Positions 1 to 14,416 of a stretch of 35,566 nt of DNA are shown here, piece after piece; positions within the stretch are counted from its first letter, which is position 1, and each line of letters starts with the position of its first letter. The notes beneath the pieces are model-generated. The model saw only the letters and a list, made by a program, of their open reading frames with translations. It had not been told where the DNA came from and did not search any database. This stretch comes from Fonticula alba ATCC 38817 (lineage: Eukaryota; Protista; Nucleariida), in the NCBI GenBank assembly GCA_000388065.2, contig KB932206.1. The stretch is one strand, 5' to 3'. The translations under genes and the position numbers were made by a program.

Positions 1-529
1 CAAAAGGGGGATCTTGGGAAGGTCGCGCCTCCTCGCACCTCCCTCCGCGGGAGGGGGGCCGGCCCCCGGGAGCCAGCCTGCCCCGAGAGGCGAGGCAAGG
101 GGCGCGACCGCACGGCGCCACCCTTTCACACGATACCCGGTCAGATTGCGTAACTAGCCACCGGCGAGGGAGGGGGGGGAGCACATTTTTAGCCGGGGCA
201 CATCCTCCCCGAGCCAGGTGCACTGGCGTTGGTCATCGATTGCCACCTACGTAGCCCCCCCCCTTTCTTGCTCGTTTGCTTGCTCGCCCCCCTCTTCTCC
301 GCTTCGCTCTCGGGCTCCCCTTTTCCCCTTCTGCAAGCGCGCGCCCGCGCACACACACACACACCCACACGCACATCCTTGCCCACATACGCGCCCTCGC
401 ACGCCAGCACACGTCCACTCCTGCCTGCGCTTCTGCCGCGTGCTGCCGTTTCTCGCGCGCGCGCGCACCCTCCCCCTCCCGTCCCCCCGGCCGGCATCTG
501 CCCGTTTGCCCGCTTGCCCGGCGAACACG

Positions 530-3420
530 ATGGTGCTGCGGAAGTTCCCCTATCGGGTCCCGGTTGTGCGTCCCCCCCCCCCCCCCCCCCCATGCTCCGG
601 CCCCATGTGCCTGTGTGTGTGCGCGCCCGGCCCTCTTGGCCTCCTGCTGACAGCTCGCCTGCCCCGGCCCCTTCCGTTGTCGCCCTCGCCGCCGCTCCAA
701 CCCGACACGGGCAGGTGGATCCCAAAATCTCCGACCTCGTTGAGTGGCTCACCCAGCAGGAACGCCCGCTGGACCATCTCATCAACCTCGTCCCGGCCCA
801 TGTCGACCTGATCGACTACTCCTGGCCGCTCCCACGGGTGCGTCGGTGCTCGCGCGCGCAAGTGTATCACCCCTCTCCTTGGACCCCCCCCCCCCTCCCC
901 CGCTCCCGCGCTCCTTGTCCCTCTGCTCCCTGTCGTGCCCTCCATCCGGCCCTCCATCCATCCGGCCGGCCGGCCCGCATTCGCCATGACTGACATCGCC
1001 CTCCCCTCAGTCGGATCTCCTTCTCTGGGTGCCGGTCCTCAAGCTGGTGGATGCCTTCATCGAGCGCATCCTCCAGGGGCTGGCCGTGGGCTCGGTGCTG
1101 GAGGTCACCTTCCCCGCCGAGCGCCGGACCCTGGTGTCGGTCCTGCGGTTCCTGGCCATCCTCCTGCGAAACACCTTCAACCGGTCGATCTACACCTGCG
1201 TGGACTATGTGAATGGTTTGCTGGTGGTGGACGACCTGGAGGTCCTGGAGGCGGCCCTGACCCTCGGCAGTGTGGTCCTTCGGCGGGCCACGCGCGCGGC
1301 GCGCGGCCGCATCGAAGCCTCCCGGCTGCTGACCCTGGCCCGGGGCTGGGGTCCCACCCACCGGGGGATGCCGCTGCCGTTGCAGTGTGACCTGGTGGCC
1401 TCGGGCGGCCCGGCGCCGGCCTCCATGAGCCAGGTGAACTTCGAGTACTCGGCCATCGATGACCCGGTGGGGCTGCCGGTGACCATCCGCCTGGCCGGGC
1501 TGCCGGACACCGGCAACGGGCCATCCTCCTCCATGGCGCCGGCCATGCGCGATCTCGAGGTGCACTATCGCCAGCAATTCCAGCGCGCCTTGCGCAAGTA
1601 CAATGTCCCGCTGGCCGAGAAGTTTCCCCTCTTCCACCACATGCGCCTGAATACGTTGGTCTGCGCGCCGGAGGCCCGCGAGACCCTGGTTCGCATCCGG
1701 CTGCTGGCCATCATGCTGATCCAGTTCATGGCCGTCGACGAGGCGTCCTTCCGGATGTTGGTCTTCCATGAGCCGGAGTTCATGAGCGACCTGGCCAGCC
1801 TGATCTCCGGTGACCGTGTTGTTCCGTGGGTGCGTGTCGTGCTCTCTCTTCTTCTCTCTGTTTCTGCATCCCTCTCTCTCTGTTTATGCACTTCTCTCTC
1901 TGTTTATGCACTTCTCTCTCTGTTTATGCATCTCTCTCTCTTTCTCTTTCTTTCTCTTTCTTTCTCTTTCTTTCTCTTTCTTTCTCTTTCTTTCTCTTTC
2001 TTTCTCTCTCTTTCTCCCCCTCCCTCCACCTCCCTCCAGAGCTATCCCGGCTTCTGACCCCTCGACCACGTACACCCCCGTAGTCCCTGCAAACACTGGT
2101 CCTGCGCATCTTCGAAATCGTGGCCACGGCCAATGACTCACGCACGCATGGGCTCGTGTCGGCCCTGCGCCTGACCGCCGATTATGGCATCCTCGTGGCC
2201 ATCCTGCGCAAAACCCTGGCCTCCATTCGCTCTGCCGAGGCCCCGGCCGATATCCCGCCCTCCTTCTTGACTTCCCTCTTTTCGCTGATCGCCGTGCTGG
2301 TCATGTCCCTGCCCCGGAGCCAGCGTTTCGCCGCCACCAGCATCTTCATCTCCATGCAGCCCTTCCTGGATGGGGTGTTCCCCCGGTACACTCGGGCCAC
2401 ATCCCTCTGCCTGCATGTGGTGGACACGATGCTCTTCACACAAACCAGCTCCGTGGCCCCGAGCGCCGAGAGCGAAATCCACGCCTTCTTCAATGAGCAC
2501 CGGGGCGTGCTGCTGGTGGCCCAGCGCCTGGCCACCGAGCTGGAGTCCATGCATGGCAGTCTGCTGGCGCTTCGGGCCCCGGCTGCCGGGGCCGATGCCA
2601 TGGATGTGGACAGTGGTCCGGGCGATGGCACCGAAACTTCGGCCAGCTTGGCCGCCGGGCCCATGCCCTTCCTGGCGGAGATGGCCATCCCCATGGACCA
2701 AATGCGGCTGATCCGCGTGCTCTTCCGGTTTTTCATCCACGCCTTCCGGTCCAACCGCGCGGCGGAAACCCTGCGCTCCCTGACCGACAGCCCGCTGATG
2801 GATGCCTTCCGCTTGGTGTTCGCCAACAGCCACCTCTTCCCGTCCATCTACTCGACGGCCCTCTCGCTGCTGGGGCTGATGATCCACACGGAGCCCACGT
2901 CGTTGGTGGTCTTCCAGGAGCTCGGCATCACGGACTTAGTGCTGGAGACCCTGGCCCCGGCCGGGCTGGAGCCCGGGTCGGTCCGGTGGTCGCCCTTCTC
3001 CTTCCCGGCCGGGTATGCCCCGCTGGATCGCCTGTGCGGCGTGGCCGCCGGCACGGATGCCGGCCTGCCCGCGGCCGGGGGCTTCTTCGCGCGGCCCATC
3101 CGCCCGTACCCGGACGAGGAGGCCCTCCTGTCGTTGCCGCTCTTGCTGTCGGCCCTGTGCCTGAATGACGCCGGTGTCCAGGCGGTCCGCGAGTCCCGGG
3201 CCCTGGAGCACCTGGCTTGTGTCCTGACCAGCCCGAACTTCGTCAACATCCTGTCCCTCTCGCCGATGATCTACATCCCGGAGCGGGCATCCTGCTACCT
3301 GCCCACCGACTTCGGGGCCACCTTCAATGAGCTGGCGCGCCATCATCCGTCCCTCAAGCCGGCGGCCATGGCGGCCGTGCGCCTGGTCCTGCGGAACCTC
3401 CACGAGCTGGCGGACAGTGC

Positions 3421-3452
<32 letters not shown>

Positions 3453-6400
3453 NNNNNNNNNNNNNNNNNNNNNNNNNNNNNNNNNNNNNNNNNNNNNNNN
3501 NNNNNNNNNNNNNNNNNNNNNNNNNNNNNNNNNNNNNNNNNNNNNNNNNNNNNNNNNNNNNNNNNNNNNNNNNNNNNNNNNNNNNNNNNNNNNNNNNNNN
3601 NNNNNNNNNNNNNNNNNCCCCCGCCCCCCCCCTGCCCCCTTTTCGTCTGCGCCCGTCTGCCGTGCATGCTGCTGACCCTCGGCCTTTCCGCCCGCTCCCC
3701 AGCCGTCGCCTCGAATCCCGGGCGCTTTGACGCCTTCACCAATCTCGCGATGGAGTCCGAGAGCCTGGTCCTGGAGTCGGCCGGGCCCAACCGGGCCCCC
3801 TTCTCCTTCCTGCTTCGGGCCATTTCCTCCACCTGCAAGTTCCTGGAGGCCTTCACCCGGACGCCGTGCGTGTGTGGCGATCTCCTGCGCGAGGTCCCGG
3901 TGCCGGAGCTCCTGTCGCTGGCCCTGCTTCCCGGGCTGCCGTACACCTTCTCCGAGGGCCGGTCCTACTCCTGCATCACCAAGCTCCTGGGTCATTTGAT
4001 CTCCAGCTCGAATCTCTGCGTCAAGTCCTTGCTGCCGTTCCTGGTGGAGCGCCTCGGCACGAGCCTCGCCACGCTCCAGGCCGAGGGCAGCCTCTTCCAC
4101 AAGTTCTCCTTCGATTCGCATCTGGCACAGTTCATCGGCATCACCGGTGCGTGGCGCGGCTTCTCTGCCTCTTCCTCTCTCTCCCCCCCCCCCCCCCCCC
4201 CCCCCCCGCCGGTCCATGTCTGTGAGCTAACTCCCGAATGCCGCGCTCCCGGTGTCCCTGTCCCCCCTGCCCCCGCCCCCCGCCCCCCTCCTGCCCCTGC
4301 CCCTTGTGGTGCACTGCATGCGACACAGACCCCGCGGTTCGTGATCGTGGCTCGGCCATCCTGCATGCCCTGAGCCAGTCCTTGATTCTGGTGCGGCTGG
4401 TGGCCGACCTGACGCACTTGACCCTGACCGGGCACATCTTCGGGTCGATGCTCTTCATCATGGAGTACATCGGCACCCCGGAGGTGGCGGCCACCCTGGC
4501 CCAGGCGGCTCGGCTGTCGCTGTCCCTGTCGAAGGAGGCCTTCCTGCTGTACCGGGCCCCGGAAAGCCCGGCCGTGTTGCGGCTGATTGAGACCCGCCGG
4601 GCCGAGGCGGCCGCCGAAAACATCCAGCTGCTGAACACCACCCAGCCGCAGTCCATGTACCAGCTGTCGCAACTGTCGCGCTACTTCACCCCCCAGGCCC
4701 AGGCGCAGATGGCCACCGCCGGGGAGAATGTCCGGCTCCTGTGCCCCTCCAACCGGATGGCCCTCTACTCGGTGAGCAGCAAATTTGTCAGCGCCCTGAC
4801 GGCCCTGCTGCGGGGCTTCGCCGAGGCGGCGCACCGGCTCCAGGCCGAAACCCCGACCCTGGAGCGGAAGGCCTGCTTCCCGGCGCCGGCCGTTCGCCAG
4901 GCCGCCCGGCAGACCATGGCCCTGGTGTTGGATCCGATTCGCGAGCCGGGGTTCCTGCTGCCGGGGCCGGCATGCGAGGCCACTGCCGGGGGCTCGTCGC
5001 CGGCCGAGGCCGATGGGTCGTCCGCACCGGTGGAGCACACCCTGGTGGCCAGCTCGGTGGCCTACATGCTGGTGCATCGGCTCCATCGGGTGCTGGCCCA
5101 GGGCCAGCCCGGGTGGGTGCCCAACATCCCGATGGCCTTTGCCTTTGCCGAGCACCTTTCCCCGGAGGAGGCGGCCGGGCCGGCGGACAAGGTGTTCGCG
5201 GATGCGGAGCCGGCTCCCCTGCTGCTGGCCCGGTGCCTGTGGGCCCGGCGCCAGGCCTTGAGTCGGCATCCGGCGGCGGTGGCCGCGGCCGCCGGCGGGC
5301 ACATGTCCTGCGCGTCCACCTGTCCCGAGGCGCCGGCCAATGTCCTGCCGGATCCGCTGCTCCGGGCCATGCGTGCCACGGAAATTGCCCTGTCCTTCTT
5401 CCTGAACTTGACGGCCGGGTTGATGACCTTCCGGCAGCTCTTCTCCCGGCAGGCCCTCACCTACTACTTCATCATGTATGCCTACTTCGGCGAGCCGGAG
5501 CCGCTGACGGCCGAGCAGGTGGCCGCGCTGCCGGCCCCGCCGCCCGACGCCGGGGCCGCCGGGGCCGACATCCTCCCCGGGCAGCCGGCCACCCACCATC
5601 GTGTGACTTACCATCAGCTGGTGGCGCCGGCCAAGCAGCATGCCCATGTCAGCCGGGCCCTGCATGCCTTGATCCGGTTCAATTCGCAAGTCAGCGACTT
5701 TGTCGTGGGCATGTGGCGCCAGGGGCTGGGCACTCTCAAGCATTGCGATGCCTACCTCCTGAGCCATGTCATCTATCATCTGCACTTTACGTTGGACTTT
5801 GCGCAGAATCGCCTGCCCGACTTGTCGGCGGTCAAGCTCCCGACGCCGGGTGGCCCGGCGCGGGTGTCCATCGACCCGCTGGCCGGGCGCCTTGACCGGA
5901 CCCCGGGCGCCGGCTTCGGCCTGACGACCTTCGTCATGCCGGACTGGCAGACCTTGGTCGGCGGCCGGCCGGGAGAGGGTGCTGCCGCGGATGCCGGCCG
6001 GGGGGGCACCCTTGCCGCCGCCGCCGCCGCCGCCGGGCCCGGGGCCACTGTCCCCGGGTCACGGCCCGGGGATGGGGCCGCCCCGGGGCCGGCCGCCGGG
6101 CCCGGAAGGCCCATCCTCCCGGGCCCCGGGGCCGGGACCGGCACCTCCGGCGCCACGCCCGCCGCTCCGACCACCAATCCCCTGGCGTCGCCGCACTTCC
6201 TGGAGCTGCTGGACATCCTGCACGGGGTGTCGAGCCCGGACTCCGAGGACGAGGGCGATGCCGGGGACTCGGACACCGAGTCCGAGGATGGCCGGGGAAG
6301 CCCCTCCTCCGGGGATGAGGAGTCCATCGACATCCTGGAGCCGCTGTCGGCGGCCGAGGCGGCGGCCGCATTCGAAGTGCCGGAGGTCGAGCCGGATCCC

Positions 6401-9269
6401 AGCTCGGTGGACATGCTGCAGGAGCTGGGCTTCTCGCGGGCCGACTGCGAGCGGGCCCTGCGGGCGGCGCACAACAACCTGGCCGTGGCGGCGGATGCGC
6501 TGCTGTCGCAGCCGGCCGCCAGCCGGTCGGCTCCCCCGCGACGCCCGGCGCTTGTGATCCCGGAGCCGGTGGCCGCCGCGGGCGGCGCGTCGCCGGCGGC
6601 GGCGGCCGTTGAGGCGGCGGCGGCCGTCGCCACTGCGGCGGCGGCGGCGGCGGCCGGTGCCGGTGCCGGTGCCGGTGCCGGTGCTTCCTCCACGACGGAG
6701 GCCACGGCCGCGGCCGCGGCCGCGGCGACCTCCCCCGATGGGCGTGCCGGGGCCGGTGGCGCCGAGGCCGAGACCACTGGCACCGGCGGCGCTGCCGCCG
6801 CCGGGCGCCCCGCCGGCCCTGGCGACGCCCCTCTGCCACCCTTCCTGGAGGTGGAGATGTCGGCCTTCATTTCGACCCTGATGGACCACTTTTGCGAGCT
6901 GGCCGGCCGGCGCATCGCCGCGTCGCGTGCCCTCTCGACGCCGGAGCTGATCGACCAGTCGATCGAGCTCATCCAGTCGACGGAGCGCATCACCCGGAGC
7001 TGCCAGATCCTGATTGTGTCGCTGCTGCTCAGTGTCTCGGCCCTGGCCTTCAAGCAGGAGGACCCGGTGGCCGGGGCCAAGGCCGAGGATGCGGCCACCG
7101 CGGCGGCCAGCCTGACGGCGCACTATTCGCGCTCGCTGCTGGCCCAGTCGAAGGACCGGATCCGGGAGATGATCGATCGAATTGTCCTGCGCGCGCGCGA
7201 CATGATGGCCGAGCTGCTGCTGCTGCCGGTCAAGGAGGAGCCGGGGTCGGCCGAGGCCGGCCCGGCCTTCGGGCTGTCGGGCTGCCCGCTGGCCGGGTCC
7301 CAGGGGCACCGGGCGGTCCTCCGGCTGCTGGCCGTGTGCTTCCAGGATGCGGACTTCGGGTCGGCCTTTGTGGCGTCGGTGTCGCGGCAGCTGGTGCCCA
7401 CGCTGGCGGCCTGTGTGGACCGGGTGCTTGCCCGGCCGCCGGCCAGCCCGGACCGGCCGCCCTTCTGGCTGAGCACCTGCCTGTTGGTCTTGGTCCGGGT
7501 GCAGAAGTTCTCCTGCGCCATGGATGATGGCCAGGTGAACCCGGTCCTCCGGCGGCCGCTGGACATGCAGGCGGTCCTGCAGTCGGTCGAGTATTCGCTC
7601 CCGCGCCTGCTGGACGAGTCGCTTGCCGAGCCGGCGGCCGTTGTGGCCGAGCCGGCGGCCGATGTGCCGATGGCCGACGGCCCGGCCTCCGGGACGCGGC
7701 CCTCCCCCCCGCCGGCGGATGTCGCCCCGGCGGACGTCCCCATGGCCGACGGCCCGGCGGCGGAGGCCGGGCCCCTGCCGGCCGCTGTGGCCTTCCAAAT
7801 TGCCCCCCTGACTGAGGAGCAGCAGCATGCGGTGGTTCGCCTGGCGGTGCTGGTGCTGGCACGCAGCGGGGAGCTTCCGCTGCTGGAAAATGAGCAGACC
7901 CTGGCCGATGACCATGTGCGCCTGATCACCCTGGCCCAGGCCGGGCGGAGCTTCACCCTGACGGTGGACAATTCCCTCTGCCCATCGTACGTCGGGGCCT
8001 TGATGACCATCGAGGCGGCCTTCATGGCCCTGGTGACGCTGAGCTCCAGCCGGTCGGCGGTCCGGCTGTTTGTGGCCCTCGGCGGCCCGGGGCACACCAT
8101 CCGGTCCTGCCGGCGGTCGCTCTTCTTCAACCACTTCACGTATGCCAATTTGCTGGTGCGCCAGGCGCTGGAGCTGGCCCTGGTGGACTATGTGGTGGAG
8201 GACCTGGCCCTGCAGACGACGCACGCCCGGGACCCGCCGATCCCCCTGACGCGCTTCCTGGGCTACTTCCAGTATGATGCCACGGCCACGGCCAAGGCCA
8301 TGGCCCTGGCCGGGCTGTATGGCGAGGCGGTCCTGTCGCAATCGCTGGCCGCCGGGGTGTCGGCCTACTCGCTGGAGCTGCCGCGGGCATTCTTGCGGTT
8401 TTCGGATTTGGATTTGTCCGCCGCCACGGGCCCGGCCGCCACGGGGGCCGATCGGCCGGCCGGCGGGGAGGCCGCCAAGCCGGCCGCCACAAGCCCGGAG
8501 GCCGTGTCACGGGCCTACTTCGCCGGGCTGGCACGCGAGTTTGACCGGTTCTTCCCGGACACCAGCGACGCGCCGCTGACCGCGGTCCTGGGGCCGCTGG
8601 TGGACGAGCTGCTCGCCTCGCAGGCCAGTCGCATTCACCTGGAGCGGGCCTTCCTCCGGACGTCGAAGCTCGGCGCCTCCGGGCCGAATTACGCGGAAAT
8701 GCCGGCCCCCTGCACCCAGCGTCGACGCCTGGCGGCCGATGTGCGCTACCGCGATGCGCACTTCTACACCTGCTTCCTGATGGAGCTGCTGAAGGAGGTG
8801 GTGGCTTCCTACCCGCCGGCCAAGTATTACCTGGCCCTGCGGTATGTCCCGGGGGCCGGCAGCGGCGGGGGCTTTGTGGCCCCGGCGGCCGGGACCACGG
8901 CCCACGGTGCCACCGGCCCCGGGGCCGGTGCTGCCAGCATGCCGGGCCCCGGCGGCGGGGCGCCCAGCGCCGCGGCCACGGTGGCCGCCCCGGCGCGGCC
9001 CTTCGATTCGGCCTTCCTGGACTTCCTGCTGGACCGGATCCTGCTGGCGCACATGCGCGTCGAGACGCCGCCCGGGCCGAAGTCCTCGGCCACGGTGCTG
9101 GTGGACTCGCGCCGAACGGCCGAGGCCTCCCTGGCGGCGGATCTCCTGCTGGAGTTGTCGCTCGTGTCGACCTCGTCACTGAACCGGGTGCTGATCACCA
9201 GCCTGCTGGGGTTCAGCCGGCAGGCTGCTCCGACCGGGGCCGGGGCCGGGGCCGGGGCCGGGGCCGGGG

Positions 9270-9300
<31 letters not shown>

Positions 9301-12300
9301 TTCTGGGCCCGGGGCGCCTGTCGCCGCCGGCGCGGCTCCCTCCCCGGCCTCCGGGTCCCTGCTGACGGACATCCCGTCCGACCGGTCGCCCATCTACTCG
9401 GCCCGCTTCGAGGTGGACCTTGCTCGGCAGCTGGTGCTGATGATCCACCACCGGGTGGCCACCCTGCTGGACTTGCTGGCGGCGCACTTGCACCCGGCGG
9501 CGTCCGGGTCCACCGGGTCGCCCATTTCCTCGGCCAGCGGGTCGCCGCAGTTGCTCGGCCTGCCGGGGCAGTCGCCGGTCCTGCCGGCCGCCGACAGCGG
9601 CGCCTGCGCGCCCGGCCTCCTGGGCGGGGCTTCGCTGCCGGGGTCCTCCATGGCGGCCGTGGTGACCGCGGTGACCGCGGCGGCCGCCAGTGCCAACACC
9701 CTGACGCCGAATCAGATCTTCGGCCGGCTGTCCATCCTGCTGCAACTTCTGTACCGGATCCTGTCCGGGTCCTTGGGGTCCATTTGCGAGGTGTCGCGGG
9801 CGCTGTCGCTCAAGAGCTTGCAATTTGCCTCGCCGGCCAAGGCGGCCCTGGATGCCGGGTTCATCCCCCTGCTGTTTGGCACCCTGCGGGTGTTGAATGC
9901 CAACTTCCAAGCGGCCCCGGAGCTCATCACGTCCATCCTCACGCCGCTGGCCTTCCTGACCAAAACCGCCAACCGCCTGTCGCAGATGATGTACCGGCTG
10001 CAGCTGAGCGAAAGCTGGCTGGCCAGCCAGCAGGCCCCCGGGGGCGGGAGCTCGGCCGGGGCGGCCGGTGCCAAGGCCCTGGCCGGGGCCCGGGCCCGGC
10101 GCCCCGGCGGCGATGCCTCCGACTCGGATGCCGAGGGCCCGGACCGGCCGAGCAAGCGCCGTCGCGGCGGCAGTGGCAGCTCGGCCGGGGCCGACTCGAC
10201 GGCCCTGGCGGCGATGCGGCCGGGGCGCGCGCGCCCCGGCGCGGCGGGTGCCTCCTCCTCCTCCTCCTCCTCCGGCGCGTCGGCCAGTCGGACCGGGCTG
10301 CTGTTCAGCCGGTCGCGATCGTGGTTCGCGGCGCCGATGCGCACGTCGCTCATCATCTCGCACAGTGGCCCGGGGTCCGGGCTTGGCGGGCCTTCGCTCG
10401 GGGAGATTGAGTTTGTCATCGAGGCCGACGACTCGGACGACGAGGAGGAGGAGGACGCCCATGACGACGGCTCGGAGGGCATGGACGCCGGGTCGCCGGT
10501 CCCGCTGGTCACCGAGGCCGATGCCCAGCGGCTGCTGCACATTGTCTTCGACACGGCGTCCGACTCGGCGTCCGGGCTGGAGTCCGGCTCCGATGGGTCG
10601 GAGTCCGGGTCTTCCTCCGGGGCCGGCAGCGAGGCCGAGGACGCCGGCGACGGGCCGTCCGGCTCGACCGGCGCCCTGCGCTATGCGCAAATCCGCTCGC
10701 TGTCCGACTACGACCGTCTGGTGCTGCTGGATGCCGTGCAGGAGCAGGAGCAAATGCAGCATGCTCAGCAGCAGCAGCAGCAGCGCCAGCAGCGGCAGCA
10801 GCAGCAGCAGGCACAGGCCCGGGCACACGCACAGAGCCTCGCGCACGCGGCGCCGGCCGGTGCCGCTTCTGGGCCGGCCTCGGACAGCGATGCCGAGGAC
10901 ATTCTGCTGGCCCTGCTGGCGGCCGACCGGTCGTCGACCGGTGGCCAGACCATCCTCGACACCGGGTCTTCGCGGATCTACCTGTCGGACTTGCTGAGCT
11001 CCGGCGGCGGCGGCGGCGGCGGGCCGGCCAGTGCCGGTGGCGGTCGCTCCCCGGACGCCGGGGATGTGCTCTTCGAGGCGTCCGGGCCGCCTGGCGACTC
11101 GACCACCAGCGACTCGGAGCCCGGCCGGACCAGCGAGGACGACGAGGACCTCAGCCTGTCCGAGGGCGACATCAACATCGTGCTCAACATCCTGGATGGG
11201 GAGGACGACGAGCATGACGAGCATGGCAGCGATGATGACGAGGCCGATGACCATGACGACGTGGATCTGCACCTGCATCTCGGGCTCGGGCTCGAGCGCA
11301 ATGGCCGCGTGGTGGCCGGCCCCGGCGATGAGGATGACGACAGCGACGTCTACTCCGGGCTGCTGATGCCGCTGGGGCGGGGCCGCGGTCGGGGCCGGGC
11401 TTCCGCCGCCGGGGCCTCCCACTCGGACTCCTCCGCCTCCTCCTCCTCGGACGAGGAGGAGGACGACGACGACGACGACGACGACGATGCCATCGACGAA
11501 TCGACGGAGCCCGGTGTGCCGGGCGATGTCTTTGGGCAGAATTCCGACGTCGACGATGAGCATGACAGCCTGGTGGAGGATGACCACCTGCGCGACATGA
11601 TGCTCTACGGCGAGGATGAGGTTGAGCTTCAGCTTCGCCGGGCCGGGCAGCCCGATGACAACTCCATCGACACATTGCCGTCCAGTCGCCGGCGCCAGAG
11701 GCTGATCCTTCGCCGGGCGGCGGTCATGGATTCGCCGCTGCGCGCCGGGCCCGGGGATGCCGCTCAGCCAGCCGGCGTGTCCGGGTCCCTGTCCCATGCG
11801 GCCGGCGGTGTCGGGGGCGCCACCCGGCCCGGGGCCCCGAGTCCCGGTCCTGGATCTGGCCCGGGGGCGGCCCTGTCGGGCCCTGTGCCCATGGGGGCGG
11901 CGACGCCGGGGCCGGTGGCGGTGCCGGCGGCCGCGGGCTCGGTGCCCTCCCCGGGGCAGGTGGCTGCTGCCCCGTCGCCGGAGGCCGCCCTGGCCGCCAG
12001 TGTGCCGGGCACGCCGGTGCCGGCGGCGGCGGCGGCCCCTGGGCCCGGGTCGACTGCGGCGCCGGCCGCCGAGGATCCCCTTGGCGACAGCCTCATCCTG
12101 GCGGTGGACGATGCCTTCGACGTGATGGACGCCGCGGCCGACGAGGAGGAAGAGGAAGACCCGGATGGCTGGGATGCCGATGGCGACCCCGAGGATGGGG
12201 GCATCATCAGCATGCCCCCGCCGCAGGGGCACCACGACATGTCGGACATCGAGTCCATGGACGAGGACGACGTCAATGAGGATGACTTCGGCGGGGAGAC

Positions 12301-14379
12301 CCTTTGCGACAATTCCTACACGACGACCGTGGCCCCGGGCGATGAGCACATCATCGGCGAGGACCTGGTGCGCGATCCCTTCGACACCATGGACGAGGAT
12401 GACGACGATGAGGCCCTCTTCGACCAGATCCCGCGGCTGGCCCGGCGCTACGTCGGCGATGAGGATGAGGACGAGGACGAGGATGAGGATCTGGAAGAGG
12501 AGGAGGACGACGACGACGAGGAGGAGGAGGAGGATGAGCATGACATCCACACGCTGCATGGCGAGGACCACGCGGACTTCGAGGCGCGTGGCCCGCCCCC
12601 GGCGGACGCCCTCTTCGCCCTGCCCTCGCGCAACTCCCCGATGGACCCTCACGATGGCATCCCGGGCGACTACCCGCCCGGGGAGCTGAACCGCCTGCTC
12701 CGCGCCCCGGGGCTCGTGGTCTCGGGCTTCCCGATCCGGCGCTCCGGGCGCCGGTCTTCCCTGTCTGTCGGGGGCACTGACCGGGGCGCGGCGGGTGCCC
12801 CCGGCGCCGAGCGGGCTTCCTCCCCGCCACCGGCCTCGGCCCCGGGCCCCGGTGACCTTTCCGAGGACACGGCTCAGCAGGTGGCCGGCCTGGTGCGGCT
12901 GCTGCAGTCGGCCTCATCGCGCCTGGCGCCGGGCTCCGGAGGCCATGGCGACAGCAGTGACGACGGCAGCAGCAGCAGCAGCGGCGGCAGCGACAGCGAC
13001 AGCGACAGCGGTGCCCCGTCGGGCGGCGGCACCAGCGACTCCGACAACAGCGGGGCCTCGTCCGACGGGTCGGACCACTCCGGCGACGATGCGGACGTCA
13101 GCGACATCTTCCGCCTGCTGGCCGAGCAGGCCAGCGAGTCCGACGACCTCGACGAGGGCGGCGACCTCTCCTCGCCGGGTGGCCCCGGCAGCGAGTACAA
13201 CGACATCCTGGCCTCGCTGGAGCGCATCCTCGGCACGGAGGGCGGCGAGTCGCGGGCCGGGCGCCGGCGGCCGATTGCCGGCGGTCCGCCGCTGGCCGCC
13301 GGCGGCTTCGGCGGCCCGGTGAGCTCCAGCGACCGCGAGGATGCCACCGAGCCACAAGCCACCAATCACCACCTTCGGCTGCCCGCCGGGGTGGGGTACA
13401 TGCGCCTCCCCTCCGGCGCCTCCGGGCCCGGTGGGGCCGGCGTCGGGCCGGCCGAGGATTACCCCAGCTCGGACGCCTACTCCGACGAGGACCTGGACAT
13501 GGTGGGGGGCCTGGGGCCGGACGACCTGTCCGAAACCACGGCCAACTACACGCCGGCCGACCTGGACCCGGATGTCATTGAATTCGGCATGGACGGCGAA
13601 ATTGTCCGCATGGGCACCTTCACCTCGGGCGATGGGGCCGGAGCTGGCGGTGGCGGCGGCGGCGGCGGCGGCGGCGGCCCGGGTGCCGGGGGAGCCGACG
13701 CGGCGGCCCCCGGCGGCGGGTCCTCGCGGCGGCCCTCGGTCCGGTGGGTCTTGCCGCCGATTCGGCACCAGGCCGCGGCGGCTGGCAGCCCGCTGCGGCC
13801 GGGGCTCCTGCGGTCGCCGATCGGCCGGCGCTTTGGCGGTCCTGGCGGCGGGGGGGGCCCCGGTCGCCGGGGCGGCCCGGGCGGCCACCATCCCCTGGGC
13901 CCGGAGCGGTTGATCTTCTCGTCGATGAACTTCCGGGACTTGTGGGCCCGGGTGCGGCTGCTGCCCGACCCGCCGACCGAGGACTCGGCGCGCGCCTTTC
14001 GGCTGAATTCGGCCGACGCGGCGGAGGCCGACGCCCGGCTGCCGGGGGTCACGCCGCTTGGGGTTGCTCCCGGGCAGCCTCCGCTGCTGGTCAGCCCGGG
14101 CGGCGGGGCCGCCGGGTCGGCCGGCATGCATCACCAGCACCCGCTGCACTTGGTCCCGGAGCGCGAGGACCTGATCGACCCGGCCGGCAGCGACATGCAA
14201 TCGCTGATGACCATGTCCGAGGCGGTGAGCCCACGCCCCGGGCGGCTGGCCATGCCGCGGTCGGCCGCGTCCCTGCGCATGGGCTGGTCGCCATCCGGCC
14301 GGCGTCCCTCGGGGTTCCTGCTCCCGGGGGTCCGGCCCCCGGGCATGGCCCCGCCACTGAGCCCTGGCACCCAGGGTGC

Positions 14380-14416
<37 letters not shown>

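Noticed and set aside
2037-2039. Alternative CAG acceptor after the long pyrimidine tract in HUWE1 intron 3
   Set aside because: Leads to a stop at 2134-2136 and lies upstream of the CTGAC at 2054; TAG at 2081-2083 keeps frame and homology.
1884-2145. Minus-strand ORFs encoding (ERKRKKEK)n
   Set aside because: Translation of the intronic TTTCTCTTTC repeat.
9176-12652. Very long antisense ORFs over HUWE1 (1158 aa here; also 12914-15583, 6059-8341, 3992-5785, 15348-17582, 18186-19892)
   Set aside because: Shadow frames of a GC3-rich sense gene (few TCA/TTA/CTA triplets in that register); translations are R/G/P/V-rich with no domain motifs.
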